Assembly: GCF_006345805.1 (NCBI RefSeq)
Contig: NC_043002.1
Span: 58,776,001 to 58,840,000, forward strand
Direction of reading: 5' to 3'
DNA: 64,000 bases
Origin: Octopus sinensis
Lineage: Eukaryota
Numbering within the stretch: position 1 is the first letter of the stretch; every line of letters begins with the position of its first letter. This document shows, piece by piece, positions 1 to 13,295 of the stretch. Both the position numbers and the translations under genes were made by a program. The notes beneath the pieces were generated by a model. It had not been told where the DNA came from, did no database searches, and saw only the letters and a list, made by a program, of their open reading frames with translations.

Positions 1-438
1 ACGTGCAACCAAACGCATACCCTCCATCAGACACCTACCATATTCTGAGCGCCTTGTTTCCCTGGGCATGGATTCACTGAAGCTCCGGCGTTTGGCGACG
101 GACTTGGTAAACACCCACAAAGTTATCAACCACCTCACCAACAACAACACTGAACACCTTTTTGATCTCCATGTGTCTAACACACGTGGACATGCCTACA
201 AAGTCAGAAAACAATACAGCTCCCATGACTTTCGGAAACATTTTTTCACGCTCAGAGTTGCTGAAGCATGGAATAAACTGCCTGCGTCAGTTGTTGACTG
301 CCATGACACTGCATCTTTTAAGGCCCTCATGCTTTCCGAAATCCGCCGAAACTACACCTGATTATATATACACTTTAGATGAGTTGTAGTGCACCTGAGC
401 ACTGTACACAATTATTATTATTATTATATTATTTTATT
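1..438 (+). mobile_element. 3' end of a CR1-clade LINE (copy 1, runs off the window start)
   Basis: ORF ends ...RGHAYKVRKQYSSHDFRKHFFTLRVAEAWNKLP...* (CR1-type C-terminus), followed by a short 3' UTR and (ATT)n tail. Identical to 3685-4119 except for 3 extra nt. Confidence 0.92.
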
Positions 439-489
439 ATCCTCATACTAACCACTAAGCCACATGCCTTCACTACTACTACTCCTACC

Positions 490-529
<40 letters not shown>

Positions 530-551
530 TACTACTACTACTACTACTACT

Positions 552-840
552 AACAGGTTCTCTGTCAGTTACGACAAGTAATCCAGTTGATCTGATCAAT
601 GGAACAGCCTGCTCATGAAATTAACGTGCGAGTGAGCACTCCACAAACATGCACACCCTCGATGGGAGATTTCAACAGGGCACAGAATACGACAAGGAGG
701 TTGGCCGGTCCTCTGAATTATAAGGTACAACTCATTTTTTGCCAGCTGAGTGGACTGGACACAACACGGCTGCTGGGAATTGAATTCATGACCTTATGAT
801 TGTGAGTCGAATATCCTAACCTCTAAGCCACATGCCTTCA
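552..840 (-). mobile_element. tRNA-derived SINE (family D)
   Basis: Reverse strand begins ggcatgtggcttagaggttagg...gaattcaattccc (A-box and B-box-like). Confidence 0.7.
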
Positions 841-1135
841 TTACTACTACCACCACCACTACTGTTACTACCATCACCATTACTACTACTACCACCACTA
901 TTACCACCACCACCACCACTACTACTACTACTTGTACACCACTGTCATCATCATCCTCATACTAACCACTAAGCCACATGCCTTCATTACTACCACCACC
1001 ACCACCACCATTACTACTACTACCACCACCATTACTACTACTACTATTACTACTACCACCATCATTACCAGCAACACCACTACTACTACTACTGCCACCA
1101 TTACTACTATTACTTTTACACCACTGCCATCATTA
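841..1135. repeat. Degenerate (TAC/CAC)n low-complexity array; related tracts at 473-551 and 4154-4280
   Basis: Trinucleotide periodicity; source of the poly-Thr and poly-Val ORFs. Confidence 0.9.
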
Positions 1136-1139
1136 TCCA

Positions 1140-4119
1140 TTGAAACGTGGAAGAGAGATACCAGCTGGTCTGAGTGCTCTCTACCCACAATAACTAAAAA
1201 GACTACAGCAACTCAGGGAAACTAAGCCAGAACAACCTGCCATCCTCTACACACCATCATAAACTGCGAGCAGGGTACAAATTGTTGTCCTTAAATGCTC
1301 GCAGTTTATGCAACAAAATACATTTGTTCAACGCCTACGTCAGAAGTGTTGACCCTGACTTCATCACTGTCACGGAAACATGGGCGCATTCCTTACTCTG
1401 TGATGGGGTTTTCAACATTACGGGGTACAACCTCTTCCGTAAGGACCGCACTAACCGCCGTGGTGGTGGTGTGATGGTCTACGTTCGTTCAAATTTTTTG
1501 GTAATTCCTTGTGCCGATTTGAACGAATCACAAGAAGAAGTTTTTTCTGTGACGTGCGTATGACCATGTCAACACTCCTGCTTGGCGTTGTTTATCGTCC
1601 CCCAAGTTACCATCGGGACACACAGCTTTGCAATGTCCTCCGAGCTGCTGCCAGGAAAACAGCCACTTATGTGTTTATTGCAGGCGATTTCAATCATCCT
1701 GAGATCGATTGGGAGACCTTCCATTGGCCACAGAGTGCAAACGATTTTGTTGAGCTTGTGCTGGACTCAAACTGGTCACAAGTAGTCACCTCTCCAACAA
1801 GAGGCGACAACACCTTGGACCTGCTCTTCACCACAACTCCTGAAGCGGTTATCAATTGCACTACGGAGGAACCTCTAGGTGACTCTGATCATGCTATGAT
1901 CATCGCCAATCTGGCTCTTGCGGGCAACAAAAACCTGAACCATCTCCAATCTGCTTCCTTCGATTGGAAGAGAGCAGATTGGAACCTGTACCACACTGAA
2001 CTACAGCACCCAAACTGGCGTGAATTCTACAACTCTGGAGATGTGAATACTATACTCCAGAGTATCCTGGACTCAATATGGGCAGCATGTGCAGCATCAG
2101 TGCCACGTAAACAAAAAAAGAAGAACCGCCCCAAAAGGGCAATTTGGGAAACTTCAGCGGTCCGACTTGCCAGGAGGGAACGTCGGACTGCTGAACGGGA
2201 ATACAGGTTGCATAAATCAGACACCAACAGGAAGAAGCGGAATAAATCCTCCAACCATCTCAAGCAAGTGACAAAAAAGCAGTGCTTGAATTTGAACAGT
2301 GCATAGCAGCCAATCCTGACAGCAAGGTTTTCTGGAAATATGTGCACTCAAAGCAGAGACCTCACTCTCCAGTGGGCCCTCTTCGCAACCCTCACACAAA
2401 CCAGATCACTGACGACCCCAAGGAATGCGCAGAACTCATTGCCGAGTGCTATGCAAACATATTCACTGTTGAAAGTCAAAATGTACCATCTTCACCATCA
2501 CTAACAGCAAACTCCATAACAACTATGGAATTTACACCTGCAATGCTGCGACGTCACCTTCAAAATAAGCGCAACTATGCCTCCCCTGGTCTCGATGGAG
2601 TTACATACCTGCTTCTCAAACGTGGCAGGCACTTCCTTTTACACCAGCTTTCTATTTTCTTCCAGTACTGTCTCAACAATGGTGCTACTCCGGAGCAGTG
2701 GAAAACTGCCAGTGTCATTCCTCTGTTCAAAAAGGGCGACCGCACATCACCTGTCAACTATCGCCCAGTCAGTCTCACTAGCTGTATTGCAAAACTGATG
2801 GAATCGTGTGTCAGAGAAACACTCTGGAACTTCTGGAGCTCTCACAGTCTCATCCGACCCTCACAATATGGATTTGTCCCTAACTCCAGCCGCAGTGACC
2901 AGCTTGTCGAGTTCCTTGAGGACATTACTCAGATTACTGACAGTGGCTCATGGGTGGATGTTGTCTACCTTGACTTTGCTAAGGCTTTCAACTCTGTGCC
3001 ACACAAAAGGCTTATGGTGAAACTCTCTGCAATGGGTGTGGGAGATGACCTTTTTAACTGGTTGAAATCCTTCATCCTCAGCCGAAAGGAGGTAGTCACA
3101 GTTCTAGGACAGCACTCTACACCATATGAGATGTCATCGGGTGTACCACAGGGATCTGTCCTTGGTCCCCTCTTGTTTGTGGCATACATTAACGACATAG
3201 ATGCCAATTTAAAGAATGCCACAGTATTGAAATATGCAGACGACATCAAGCTGTACCTTGAAATCAAGAGGACAGATCCTGATGTCTACAACTCTTTCCT
3301 GCAATCAGACCTAGACACAATGCAGCAATGGATCACAGACTGGCAACTGAAACTGGCTGTGGACAAGTGTACCACCATGCATTTTGGGAGAAAAAACCCT
3401 GCGTTCACATACTCCCTCCACAACACTGATATCAAGAAATCCTCTTGCGAGCGTGACCTAGGCATCACTGTCAGCAGTGATTTGCGTTGGTCAAAGCATA
3501 TCTCTAAGATTGTCAGGAAGGCCGAGGGTGTCTTGGCATCACTCAGCAGGTCTTTTGTTAGCCGCTCTCCAGCCATCTATTTAAAACTGTATACAGCTAT
3601 GGTACGACCACACTTGGAATTCGCATCATCAGTTTGGAACCCCTATCTTGCACAGAACATTGACCTCCTGGAATCTGTCCAGAGACGTGCAACCAAACGC
3701 ATACCCTCCATCAGACACCTACCATATTCTGAGCGCCTTGTTTCCCTGGGCATGGATTCACTGAAGCTCCGGCGTTTGGCGACGGACTTGGTAAACACCC
3801 ACAAAGTTAACCACCTCACCAACAACAACACTGAACACCTTTTTGATCTCCATGTGTCTAACACACGTGGACATGCCTACAAAGTCAGAAAACAATACAG
3901 CTCCCATGACTTTCGGAAACATTTTTTCACGCTCAGAGTTGCTGAAGCATGGAATAAACTGCCTGCGTCAGTTGTTGACTGCCATGACACTGCATCTTTT
4001 AAGGCCCTCATGCTTTCCGAAATCCGCCGAAACTACACCTGATTATATATACACTTTAGATGAGTTGTAGTGCACCTGAGCACTGTACACAATTATTATT
4101 ATTATTATATTATTTTATT
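1140..4119 (+). mobile_element. 5'-truncated CR1-clade LINE (copy 2): possible ORF1 tail, ORF2, 3' UTR and (ATT)n
   Basis: APE motifs SLNARSL, TETW, GGGV, VYRPP, GDFN, SPTRGDNTLDL and GDSDH. RT motifs YRPVSLTS, DFAKAF, GVPQGSVLGPLLF, YADD and RDLG. Confidence 0.95.
1198..4042 (+). pseudogene. LINE ORF2 (AP endonuclease + reverse transcriptase) split by two single-base frameshifts
   Basis: ORF pieces 1282-1563, 1509-2306 and 2282-4042 join if one T is added at T6 (1541-1546) and one A at A6 (2273-2278). No internal stops otherwise. Confidence 0.88.
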
Positions 4120-4198
4120 ATCCTCATACTAACCACTAAGCCACATGCCTTCACTACTACTACTCCTACCACCACCACCACTACTACTACTACTACTA

Positions 4199-4238
<40 letters not shown>

Positions 4239-4541
4239 TTACCACCACCACCACTACTACTACCACCATTACTACTACTCCTTGTACCCCACTGTCATTC
4301 TCATCCTCATAGTCCACTTTTCCATGATGTTTACATGGGTCACACAAAATTCATTGAGGCAAATTTTTTTTTTACAGCCGGATGTCCTTGTCACCAATCT
4401 TTATTTGTTTCCAAAGTAATAGCCTCATAGCTGGGTGTATATTCATGCAAGGGTGGATATATATACTCATGTACGATGGTGACATTTGTTTACAACTATC
4501 AGGTGATATCCAGACAAGGGGACACAAACACACACAGATCT

Positions 4542-4582
<41 letters not shown>

Positions 4583-5699
4583 CATACACACATAGATATA
4601 CAATGGGCTTCTTTCAGTTTCCACCTAGCAAATTCATTTGCAAGGCTGCGATTAGCCAAGGGCTACAGCAAAAGACAGTTGCTTAAAGCTCCATGCATGG
4701 GGACAGAACCCAAAACCACAATGCTCGTGTGGCGAGCTTCGTAAGCACACAGCTGTTCCTATGGCTGTATATGTAAATATGAACATAAAACAGTAGAAAG
4801 ACTTGAATGAAGGAATGAATGAATGAATGAAATAAATGAATGAGTGAATGAACGAACAAGTCAGTTTGGCAATGTCATGTTACATAAGCTGCAGGCCCTG
4901 TCAGGTTTATTATAGCAGTTTTACCGCAGAACCTCTGAGTAAATCAATATCATAGCATTTTCTAATTGTCACACTGAACAACTGGTCTTTGTCATTTAAA
5001 ATAACCAATGCTGAAAAAGCAAAGACAAGCTCCACCTAACTGTGTTAGTTGTAGATATGATACTTTTATTGATTTCAGCCACTGGACTGCAGCTATGCTG
5101 CGGTGCCAACTTTAAGGGCTTCACTTAATCATATTGACCCTGTTGCTTATTTCAGCTTAGTGCACATTTTATCAGTGTAAAGAGATTTTAGGATACCATA
5201 TATATTTTTTTACACCAGTAAATATAGACATGCAATCGATTGTTTGTTTTTACAGTTATCTTTTCTTTGATAGCATGGGTTAGATGACTATTACAGAAGC
5301 ATGGTTTTGCAGCCAGGTACCCTTCTTGTTAACTGCTTGATTCAAATGAGAGATTTCTTATTCTATGTCTTAGAAGGTTCAAAACCCATGCACAGCCTAT
5401 TGATAAGGGGAAGTGGCAATAACACCACAGCTCATAACTGCACAATTTTTCAGATTAATGCAAATGTAAACAAACACATGTACACACATACACAGAGGCA
5501 TGTATATATTTACTTACACACACAAATACATATATCTTATTCTCCTCTTCACTCTTCTTTCTACTCTACAGCAAAACACCTATGTCTGTCCCCTCTATAC
5601 TGTAAACCTCTCAACTGGCACAAAATTGCACCCCCTCCATACTATTCCCCATCTCCCAGTTGAGGGGATTTTATCTTGCAAGGCATTTGATGGCCCTGT

Positions 5700-6100
5700 C
5701 AGTGCTGGTACCACATAAAAAGCACTGGTGCTGGTACCACATAAAAAAGCACTGGTGCTGGTACCACATAAAAAGCACTGGTGCTGGTACCACATAAAAA
5801 GCACTGGTGCTGGTACCACATAAAAAAGCACTGGTGCTGGTACCACATAAAAAGCACTGGTGCTGGTACCACATAAAAAGCACTGGTGCTGGTACCACAT
5901 AAAAAGCACTGGTGCTGGTACCACATAAAAAAAGCACTGATGCTGGTACCACATAAAATGCACTGGTGCTGGTACCACACAAAAAAGCACTGGTGCTGGT
6001 ATCACATAAAAAAGCACTGGTACTGGTATCACATAAAAAAGCACTGGTGCTGGTACCACATAAAAGGCACTGGTGCTGGTACCACATAAAAAGCACCGTT
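5700..6100 (+). repeat. Minisatellite, 26-27 bp unit ctggtgctggtaccacataaaaa(a)gca, about 15 copies
   Basis: Contiguous units with no spacers, inside a repeat whose flank recurs at about 18490, 28820, 48530, 50230 and 60160. Confidence 0.92.
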
Positions 6101-6339
6101 GCCATGTAAAAGGCAACTATGCTGGTGCCACGTTTGACGCACCCATGCTAGTGCCACATAAGCTAACTTAAATGAATCTCATCATTTTCCATCTTAATAC
6201 TAATGAAGCGACTCGTTAACCTCAGTTTGTTTTCTATTTTATAAAACACTTCATTGTTAACAGTTTAATCTCCATTTCATATTAATTAACCATCAATCAA
6301 AGTCACCACATGACTAACAAACAATCCTCAAGTTAACTC

Positions 6340-6530
6340 AGTGCAGCTCATTCTAATGAGAAGTGATGTGGTTGGTTGTCCTCAGGATATAACTGGTACT
6401 TATTTCTTTGATATCACAAAGATGAAAAGCAAAGCTGGCCTCCAACAGAACTTGAACTCAGAACATTTAGTTTCACCAGGATACCATTTTCACCAGTCTA
6501 GTGTTGCTACAGCTTCACCAACTCTAACCC
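6340..6530 (-). mobile_element. Degenerate tRNA-SINE with Nin/Deu-like core
   Basis: aactggtacttattt...gatgaaaagcaaagc...ttgaactcagaa block shared with many copies in the window. Confidence 0.6.
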
Positions 6531-7057
6531 GACCTAATCAAATTTAATAATCATTGATCTAAAACAATTTCAGATTTATTGATTATTTTTCTCCCTCCTT
6601 TTTAAGTTCTTTTTCTCTTCTACTTTAAATGAGAATTTTATAATATACGACACTTTGATCTCAGCTAAAAAAAATGCTGAGAAGAGAGCTTTATCATATG
6701 AGAAATATAATTTGTTCTTTCTTTGTTGGTCACAATATAAAGACATAACATTTTCATCAATGTCTATGAGGAAGAGATAGTGGTTATCTACAAACAATAT
6801 ATACTATCGATTGCACATACATAGTGAATGTGTTTTGTTTATATACTAAATTTCCGGTGGGGTACCATTGAAAGAAAGCTCCCCACATGATGCTGAGTGC
6901 CAAATATGCCATCTTGCAGCAAATTTGGAATATGAATGAAACACATACACTAGGTATGTGCAACCAATAATGTTTACATTACAAGAGCTGCTTATAATTC
7001 GTAATTTAACATATATTACCTTTACTCCTGTTATGTTGCATTATGGAGACACATGAA

Positions 7058-7390
7058 GATGCATGGCTCAGTGGTTAAAGCATCGAGCTTATGATCGTGA
7101 GGTTGTGAGTTCGAATCCCGGACCGGGCTGTGTATTGTGTTCTTGAGCAAGACACTTTATTTCCTGTTGCTCCAGTTAACTCAACTGTTGAAATGAGTTG
7201 AGACGTCACAGGTGCCAAGCTGTATCAGCCTTTGCCTTTCCCTTGGATAAAACTGGTGGCATGGAGAGGGGAGGCTGATATGCATGGGTGACTACTGGTC
7301 TTCCATAAACAACCTTGCCCAGACTTATGCCTGGGAGGGTAACTTTCTGGGTGCAATCCCAGGCTCAGTCATGACCGAAGGGGGTCTCAG
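7058..7390 (+). mobile_element. tRNA-derived SINE (family B)
   Basis: tggctcagtggttaaag (A box) and gagttcgaatcccgg (B box). Body homologous to 62885-63203 (+) and 56455-56790 (-). Confidence 0.85.
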
Positions 7391-9096
7391 GAAGCACATG
7401 GATTAGTGATTAGGATGTTGCACTCATTACTGTAAGATTGTGGTTTCAATTCCTAGACCAGGCAACGTGTTGTGCTCTTGAGCAAAATGCTTCATTTCAC
7501 GTTGTTCTAATCCACTCAGTTGGAAAAACTGAGTAATACTCCAATGGACAGGTGTTCCATTCAGGTGGGGAGTATATACACCACAGAATCTGGGAAACTG
7601 GCCTTATGAGCCTATGGTTTGGGAAGGATCTTTGATCCTTTATTTTGATAAGTTGCACTAATTTTTACTTGATCTCAACTGAAAAGACTGGAGGTGCAAG
7701 TTGTACATGGGGCAAAGCTAAAACAATAAAGAGAAAAAATTTTGTATCAAGGTTTAACACTAAATTAGGGGTGTGACTTGTACATGAGAAGATGGGCACA
7801 GGTTGTGTGATTAAGAAGTTCACTTTGCAACCATGTGGTTTCAGGTTCAGTTCCACTGCATGGTACCTTGGGCAAGGTCCTGTACACAAAATATTTTTTC
7901 CCATGAGAGTTCCGGACCCCAGTAATGAACTCATTTACATACAGCCAATCAGAGCTCACCTTGCCTTGTTGTACACAAACAACTATACAGAGGCAGCCAT
8001 GCAGATAATGAAGGATCAGATTCATTCAGCTTTCAGATTATGCCCAGACACAAAACCCAACATAACATTCGTGAATGTGTTAAAAACAACCAATCTATTG
8101 GTAAACTCTACCAAGTAACGCCTGAATTTAGGAGACAAATAATTAGATAGATTTGCATCTATACTTATTATCAGATTTTGTTAGGGCTCCATGTGGTAAA
8201 GATGTGGATGGGAAAAGTGTGGGTAGAGGGTGATGTGCTAGCAACCCTCTGCCCTTACTATTTTACAAAGTAAACAACAACACAAATAATTATACAGAGG
8301 CAGCTATGATTGAAACATGAACAAGAACAACAAGCATTACTAAAAGAGGAAAGAAACATGGTCATTGCTTATCCAAGTGACTTTATCTTATCGCCCATCA
8401 CTTGTTATGCACTCATAAATTAGTTTGATAGTTGAGCTCTGGTTGGCTGTATGCAAATGAGTTCATAACTGGGGTCCAGAACTTTCGTGGGAAAAAAAAT
8501 TTCATGTCTTGTACAATAGTTCCAGGCTGACCAATTGCATGTGAGTGGGATTTGGTGGATGGAAACTGAAAGAAGCCTGTTGTATAGACGTTATGAATGT
8601 ACATATATATGTATGTTCTCTTGTGTTTTTAGTTATTCTTCTAAGAGAGGAGCTGGATTCTAACAACAATACAAAGCGTCATTGTTAGAATGCAGATTAA
8701 AAAACAAATTCACATTCTGAACCTCAGTAAAGTCTTGCATACTTTTACTGTTCTGCTTGCATGCATGTGTGAATTTGTATTTTCCCTGTTTTCACATGTA
8801 TTGCTGGTTGTAAGAAGTGGCCTCATTGTTCAATGGCTTTCTGATGGTGTTATTTGGTTGGGCTTCTTGACATGTTTTACAACATTTGTAAACAAAAGAC
8901 TCATTCAAATGTCGATGCTTGTTGCCATTTCTCCACATAAAACAAAATCTGGACTGTTGATTGATAGACAGGGAGATTATTACCTTGCATGGCAACAGAT
9001 GGGGGTGTTGTCAGGAAGGGCATCTGGCTATAGAAAACTCTGCATCAATGTTCTCTCATTTGCCCCATGCAAGTATGTTAAAACAATACCAGTGAG

Positions 9097-9129
<33 letters not shown>

Positions 9130-9199
9130 TGAGAGAGAGAGAGAGAGCAGAACATTATTCAATTCTTTCCTTTCTTTAGATGCTATGTCCAGAATGTAG

Positions 9200-9660
9200 G
9201 ACATAAGTGATCATTTCCCGCCACAATTCTCTGTTCTTTGTTTTCTGTAACACTTCCACTTCTTCCTGATGTTTAATGCCTCTTTCCTCTTTCTTCCAGC
9301 CATTGACATCTATATCATCCTTCTTCTGCATCTTTCCCTTTCAATCTTTCCAGTCATCACTAAATTCTCCGGGCCCTCTTTTCTCATCCTATAACCTGGA
9401 AATCTCAGTTGCTTGGCTCTTATCTCACAAAAGTAGTTTCCTATTTATTGCAGCTTGAGTTCATCACTTCTTCATTAGATCTTTTGATTGTCCATGTTGT
9501 CTTTAATATTCTCTTTAAGAACCACATTTCACAGCTCTCCAAGCCCCTTCTCATTCTTGATGTTATAGATCATGCCTCACTTCCAAAAATTAACACAAGG
9601 TGGACATAGCACTTCATATATGGATCTTGGTCTTGATACTCAGAGCATGGTTTCTCATGA
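9200..9660 (-). mobile_element. Degenerate RTE-clade LINE 3' remnant
   Basis: Reverse translation gives LIFGSEA*, CEMWFLKRILKTTWT, LVMTGKIE and NRELWREMITYV, typical of the RTE ORF C-terminus, with stops and shifts. Confidence 0.75.
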
Positions 9661-9734
9661 TGTTATGCAATTTTGAGAATGCAGAAGTGATTAAGCAATG
9701 CAAATTCAATTAAACAATTAATAATTATTTCAAA

Positions 9735-9915
9735 TTTTTTCCACAAGGGCAGCTTGGGGGAAGGGATTAAGTCAATTTCATCGACCCCAGTGCATGAAAG
9801 GATGAAAAGCAAAGTTGAGCTTGGCAGAATTTGAATTCAGAATGTAGTGGCAGACAAAATACCGCTAAGCATTTTGACCGGCATGGTAATGATTCTGCCA
9901 GCTCGCTGCCTTAAT
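9735..9915 (-). mobile_element. Nin/Deu-core tRNA-SINE about 28 bp from the exon donor; second copy at 10385-10570
   Basis: Reverse of ggcagcgagctggcagaa...gttctgaattcaaattc...tttcatcc. Both copies are on the minus strand and flank the exon. Confidence 0.8.
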
Positions 9916-9942
9916 TAAACAATTAATAATAGCAATGCTCAC

Positions 9943-10095
9943 CTTGCCAGAGGTCCCAGTGGTAGACTGTAGAGTCTGTTATGATAGCAATGATGTCAGA
10001 GTTCACCCAAGTCCAGAAAATAACTCGTTCCAACATGTCTGTTTTACTGACCAAAACTTTGTTGCCGACATTAAATACTTCAAAACGAAGATTTG
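9943..10095 (-). CDS. Exon (153 nt, phase 1/1) of the clathrin heavy chain-like gene
   Basis: Acceptor ctttctttctttcttcccag, then ca+NLRFEVFNVGNKVLVSKTDMLERVIFWTWVNSDIIAIITDSTVYHWDLWQ+g, then donor GTGAGC. Matches CHC QIFN...VTFWKWI...VTDNAVYHW. The phase fits the preceding exon (g+ca = Ala). Confidence 0.93.
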
Positions 10096-12178
10096 CTGGG
10101 AAGAAAGAAAGAAAGAAAGCATGAAAACTACAAAAAAATTATAAAAAATTATAAAAATGTAATATGACAAAAACAAACTGCTTCCATTATGACTGAATTT
10201 AAAAACATCCTTGACTATAATGGTATACAGCAGTGGTTCTCAACCATTATTGTTTTACCTGTCGAGCCCTTTGATTCCAACTTTCCTCAGGTGCTATTTT
10301 AAACATAGCCATTTCAAATTTCTTAAATCCTGTTATATTTCTATAATTGAATATTCTTTTCTACACTAGGTACAACACCAGAAATTTTTAGGGAGGGGCC
10401 AGTCGATTAGATCAAACCTAGTATGCAACTGATACTTAATTTATCAACCCTGATAGGATGAAATGTAAAGTCGACCTCGGCGGAATTTGAACTCAGAACG
10501 CAAAGACAGACGAAATACAGCTAAGCATTTTACCTGGCGTGCTAATGTTTCTGCCAGCTCGCTGCCTTCCTATAATAAAATATTATTAGGAATTGTATAA
10601 CAGAAAGTTAATAAAATATTTTGTGTATGGGAGAAAATATAACCTATATCTTTTATGTTTTATTTGTTTTAGTCATTTCACTGTGGCCATGCTGGAGCAC
10701 TGCTTCGAAGAATTCTTTGTTGACTGACTTGACCCCACCCAACTATTTATTTTTGCTTGTTTTTGCTTTTTAAGCCTGGTGCTTATTCTATCAGTTACTT
10801 TTGCCAAACTGCTAAGTTACAGGGGCGTAAAAACACCAACACCAGTTGTCAAGCAGTGGGGGGGGGGATAAAGACACAAAAACATGGCCGCAGTAAAAAG
10901 ACAAACAAGTAAAAGAATAAATCTGTGGTTTATTAACGAAATCAAATCAATCTCAATTGGGTGGTTAAAATAAGGCAGGTGATAGCCAGGTAAAATGTAT
11001 TTAAACTAAAAAAACATAGAAATTATTCTGTGTCTACAACAACAGGTCAGACAACAGTCACAGAATAGTGATTTCCGATAATATATAGAATATCATAGAA
11101 ATATCAATTTATGACTCAAAAAAGAAAAAAAAATGTTTAGATTTCTCTACTGTAAAATTCACAGTCTATCACCAGCACCAACACCACCACTACTGCCACC
11201 ATCACCGAAAACAACATGTTTGCAAAAGTACAAGCACCACCATTCCACCACCACCTCTAACACTACCACCACAGTCAACTAATACCGCTATATACCACTG
11301 ACATTTCGTCTACCAATACTACAATCATCACCTTATATTATTACTACCACCACCACTTCTAATACAACTACTATCACCACCACTCACATCAACTTCGAAC
11401 TGATGAAAGAACCTCTTAGTGGTCATTTGGCCTGCTAGAAATAACAGCCAAATTTTCCTCAAATTACACACCCACATTAGGAAAGAGGACACATTGGATA
11501 TGATGTGGTCATGGCTGTAATGCCTTTTGATTATATGGCCGTTTGGTCACAACAGAACAGGGGCTAAACAACAGCAACACTACTAACACCACTAATACAA
11601 CTAACTTTAACATGTACAAGCAGCAGCACCACCACCACCACCACAGCTAACAGAACCACCACTGCTGCTACCAGTTTCAACTGCAACTGCTTCCCAAACT
11701 AGAACAATGACCCCACCAACACCAACTCCAAACAGCAATGCCTCAAACATACAAGAACAACAACGCTAACATCACAACCATCATCACAACAACAAAATAC
11801 TTTAAACTAATAAACGAAAAGTTTGAGATTCTTAATATTTGCTCTCTCTCTCTCTCTCTCACTCATTAATTCCCTTTTTCTGTCTCTCTCGCTTTCTCCA
11901 TCTCTGTATCCTTAACTGCATTAGAGAGATTTACATTATTGATTACAAGTGGAGAGTAATACAATAGAGGAATGTTCTGACCACAAAGAAAAACTATCTG
12001 ATGCAGAACACACGGCTATTTCAGGCAATATTTGTCTTTGATCTCTCTTTCTCTCCCTCTCTCTCTCTCTCTCTTTCTGTGAAGGGCCAACAGGTCTGAT
12101 ATGGAACTGTAGCATTGGCTTGCACTTGTACAACTGCAGGGCAGGTAGAAGATTTCAAAGATTGTATAGGTTCTTGTT

Positions 12179-12217
<39 letters not shown>

Positions 12218-12327
12218 AACATACACCACATAGGTACATATGCAAATACGTGTATGGGTATGTGCATCTGTGTGTATGTATATGTGTGTGTATATGAATT
12301 GGTGTGTGTCCATGTGTGAGTGTGTGC

Positions 12328-12362
<35 letters not shown>

Positions 12363-12393
12363 TATATATGCACACATACTTGTGCTGGTATGA

Positions 12394-12440
<47 letters not shown>

Positions 12441-13295
12441 TTTGTACCGATGAGTGTGTGTGTGTTTGAGAAATAGGGAGAGAAAAAAATAATGTATCAC
12501 TATAGAAGATTATATCTCTCAGAAAGCACATAGCTTTTGTCGGAGCTATGAAAAGTAGACATTGGAACACTGAAGAACATGTCTGTGCACATGTACATGT
12601 GTGTGTGTGTGTGTATTTATAGTGTGCACATAGATAGTTCATTTATTCATTTTTTTTTTGTGACTATATGCGAAGTGTTTGCATTTGCAGGGGTGTGTGG
12701 AATGGGTCTATTTGTAGATGTGCTTCTGTATGAGAATATGTTGCTTGAACAGGGTTTGCGAATGGAAGTGAGACGCTTGAGGTTGCGTGGCTTTTGATGG
12801 TGAAGAGGTTGGCTTAGCAAAGCCTTTAACAGACAAATTCCACTGGGCATTACCTGCTGGTTGTAAAAACACACAAACAGTGGTGAAGCTGTAACACTCC
12901 CTTTAGAGTTATTTCTGAACTCCATCTATACCAAATGGTTGTTGAGCCAAGTCTGTGAATTTGTTGCAATCTTAATACTCCACTTACACCTAAACCATTT
13001 TTGTTACCAGACTTTCGTCGGAATATACTGTCAGCATCTTAATTAATTTCGAAAATAATGAAGAATACAGTAAAATAACTTTGTCATTGTTAAGCTGGTA
13101 TTTGAAATATAAATCAACATAGAATTCTGATGGCAGGTTTTAATTCAGATAATTTTTAAAACAGGAAATCAAAAATCATAGAACCAGAGGCAGTCTCAGA
13201 TAGATTGGTACCAGAAATGTTAAGCATGTGAGTTCAGCTGTAATCAAATAGCTTAGAGAGAGAGAGGATCTACTCCATCACATTTACATGATAGA

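Noticed and set aside
5700-6100. CRISPR-like periodic repeats (also 48570, 51595, 54445, 60190)
   Set aside because: Units are contiguous with no unique spacers, there are no cas genes, and the context is eukaryotic; these are minisatellites.
7058-7135. tRNA genes at SINE heads (also 27274, 49800, 53973, 62885)
   Set aside because: They have A/B boxes but no complete cloverleaf or acceptor stem, and they run into repeated SINE bodies.
8690-9199. 169-aa ORF
   Set aside because: Runs through a SINE core fragment and (TG)n/(AG)n; no recognisable protein.
4300-9942. Next downstream exon (expected ...F.RH..L....I..Y..D...W)
   Set aside because: No matching minus-strand peptide was seen; it probably lies before position 1.
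9935-10144. Plus-strand ORF MLTLPEVPVVDCRVCYD...
   Set aside because: Antisense shadow of the real minus-strand exon 9943-10095.
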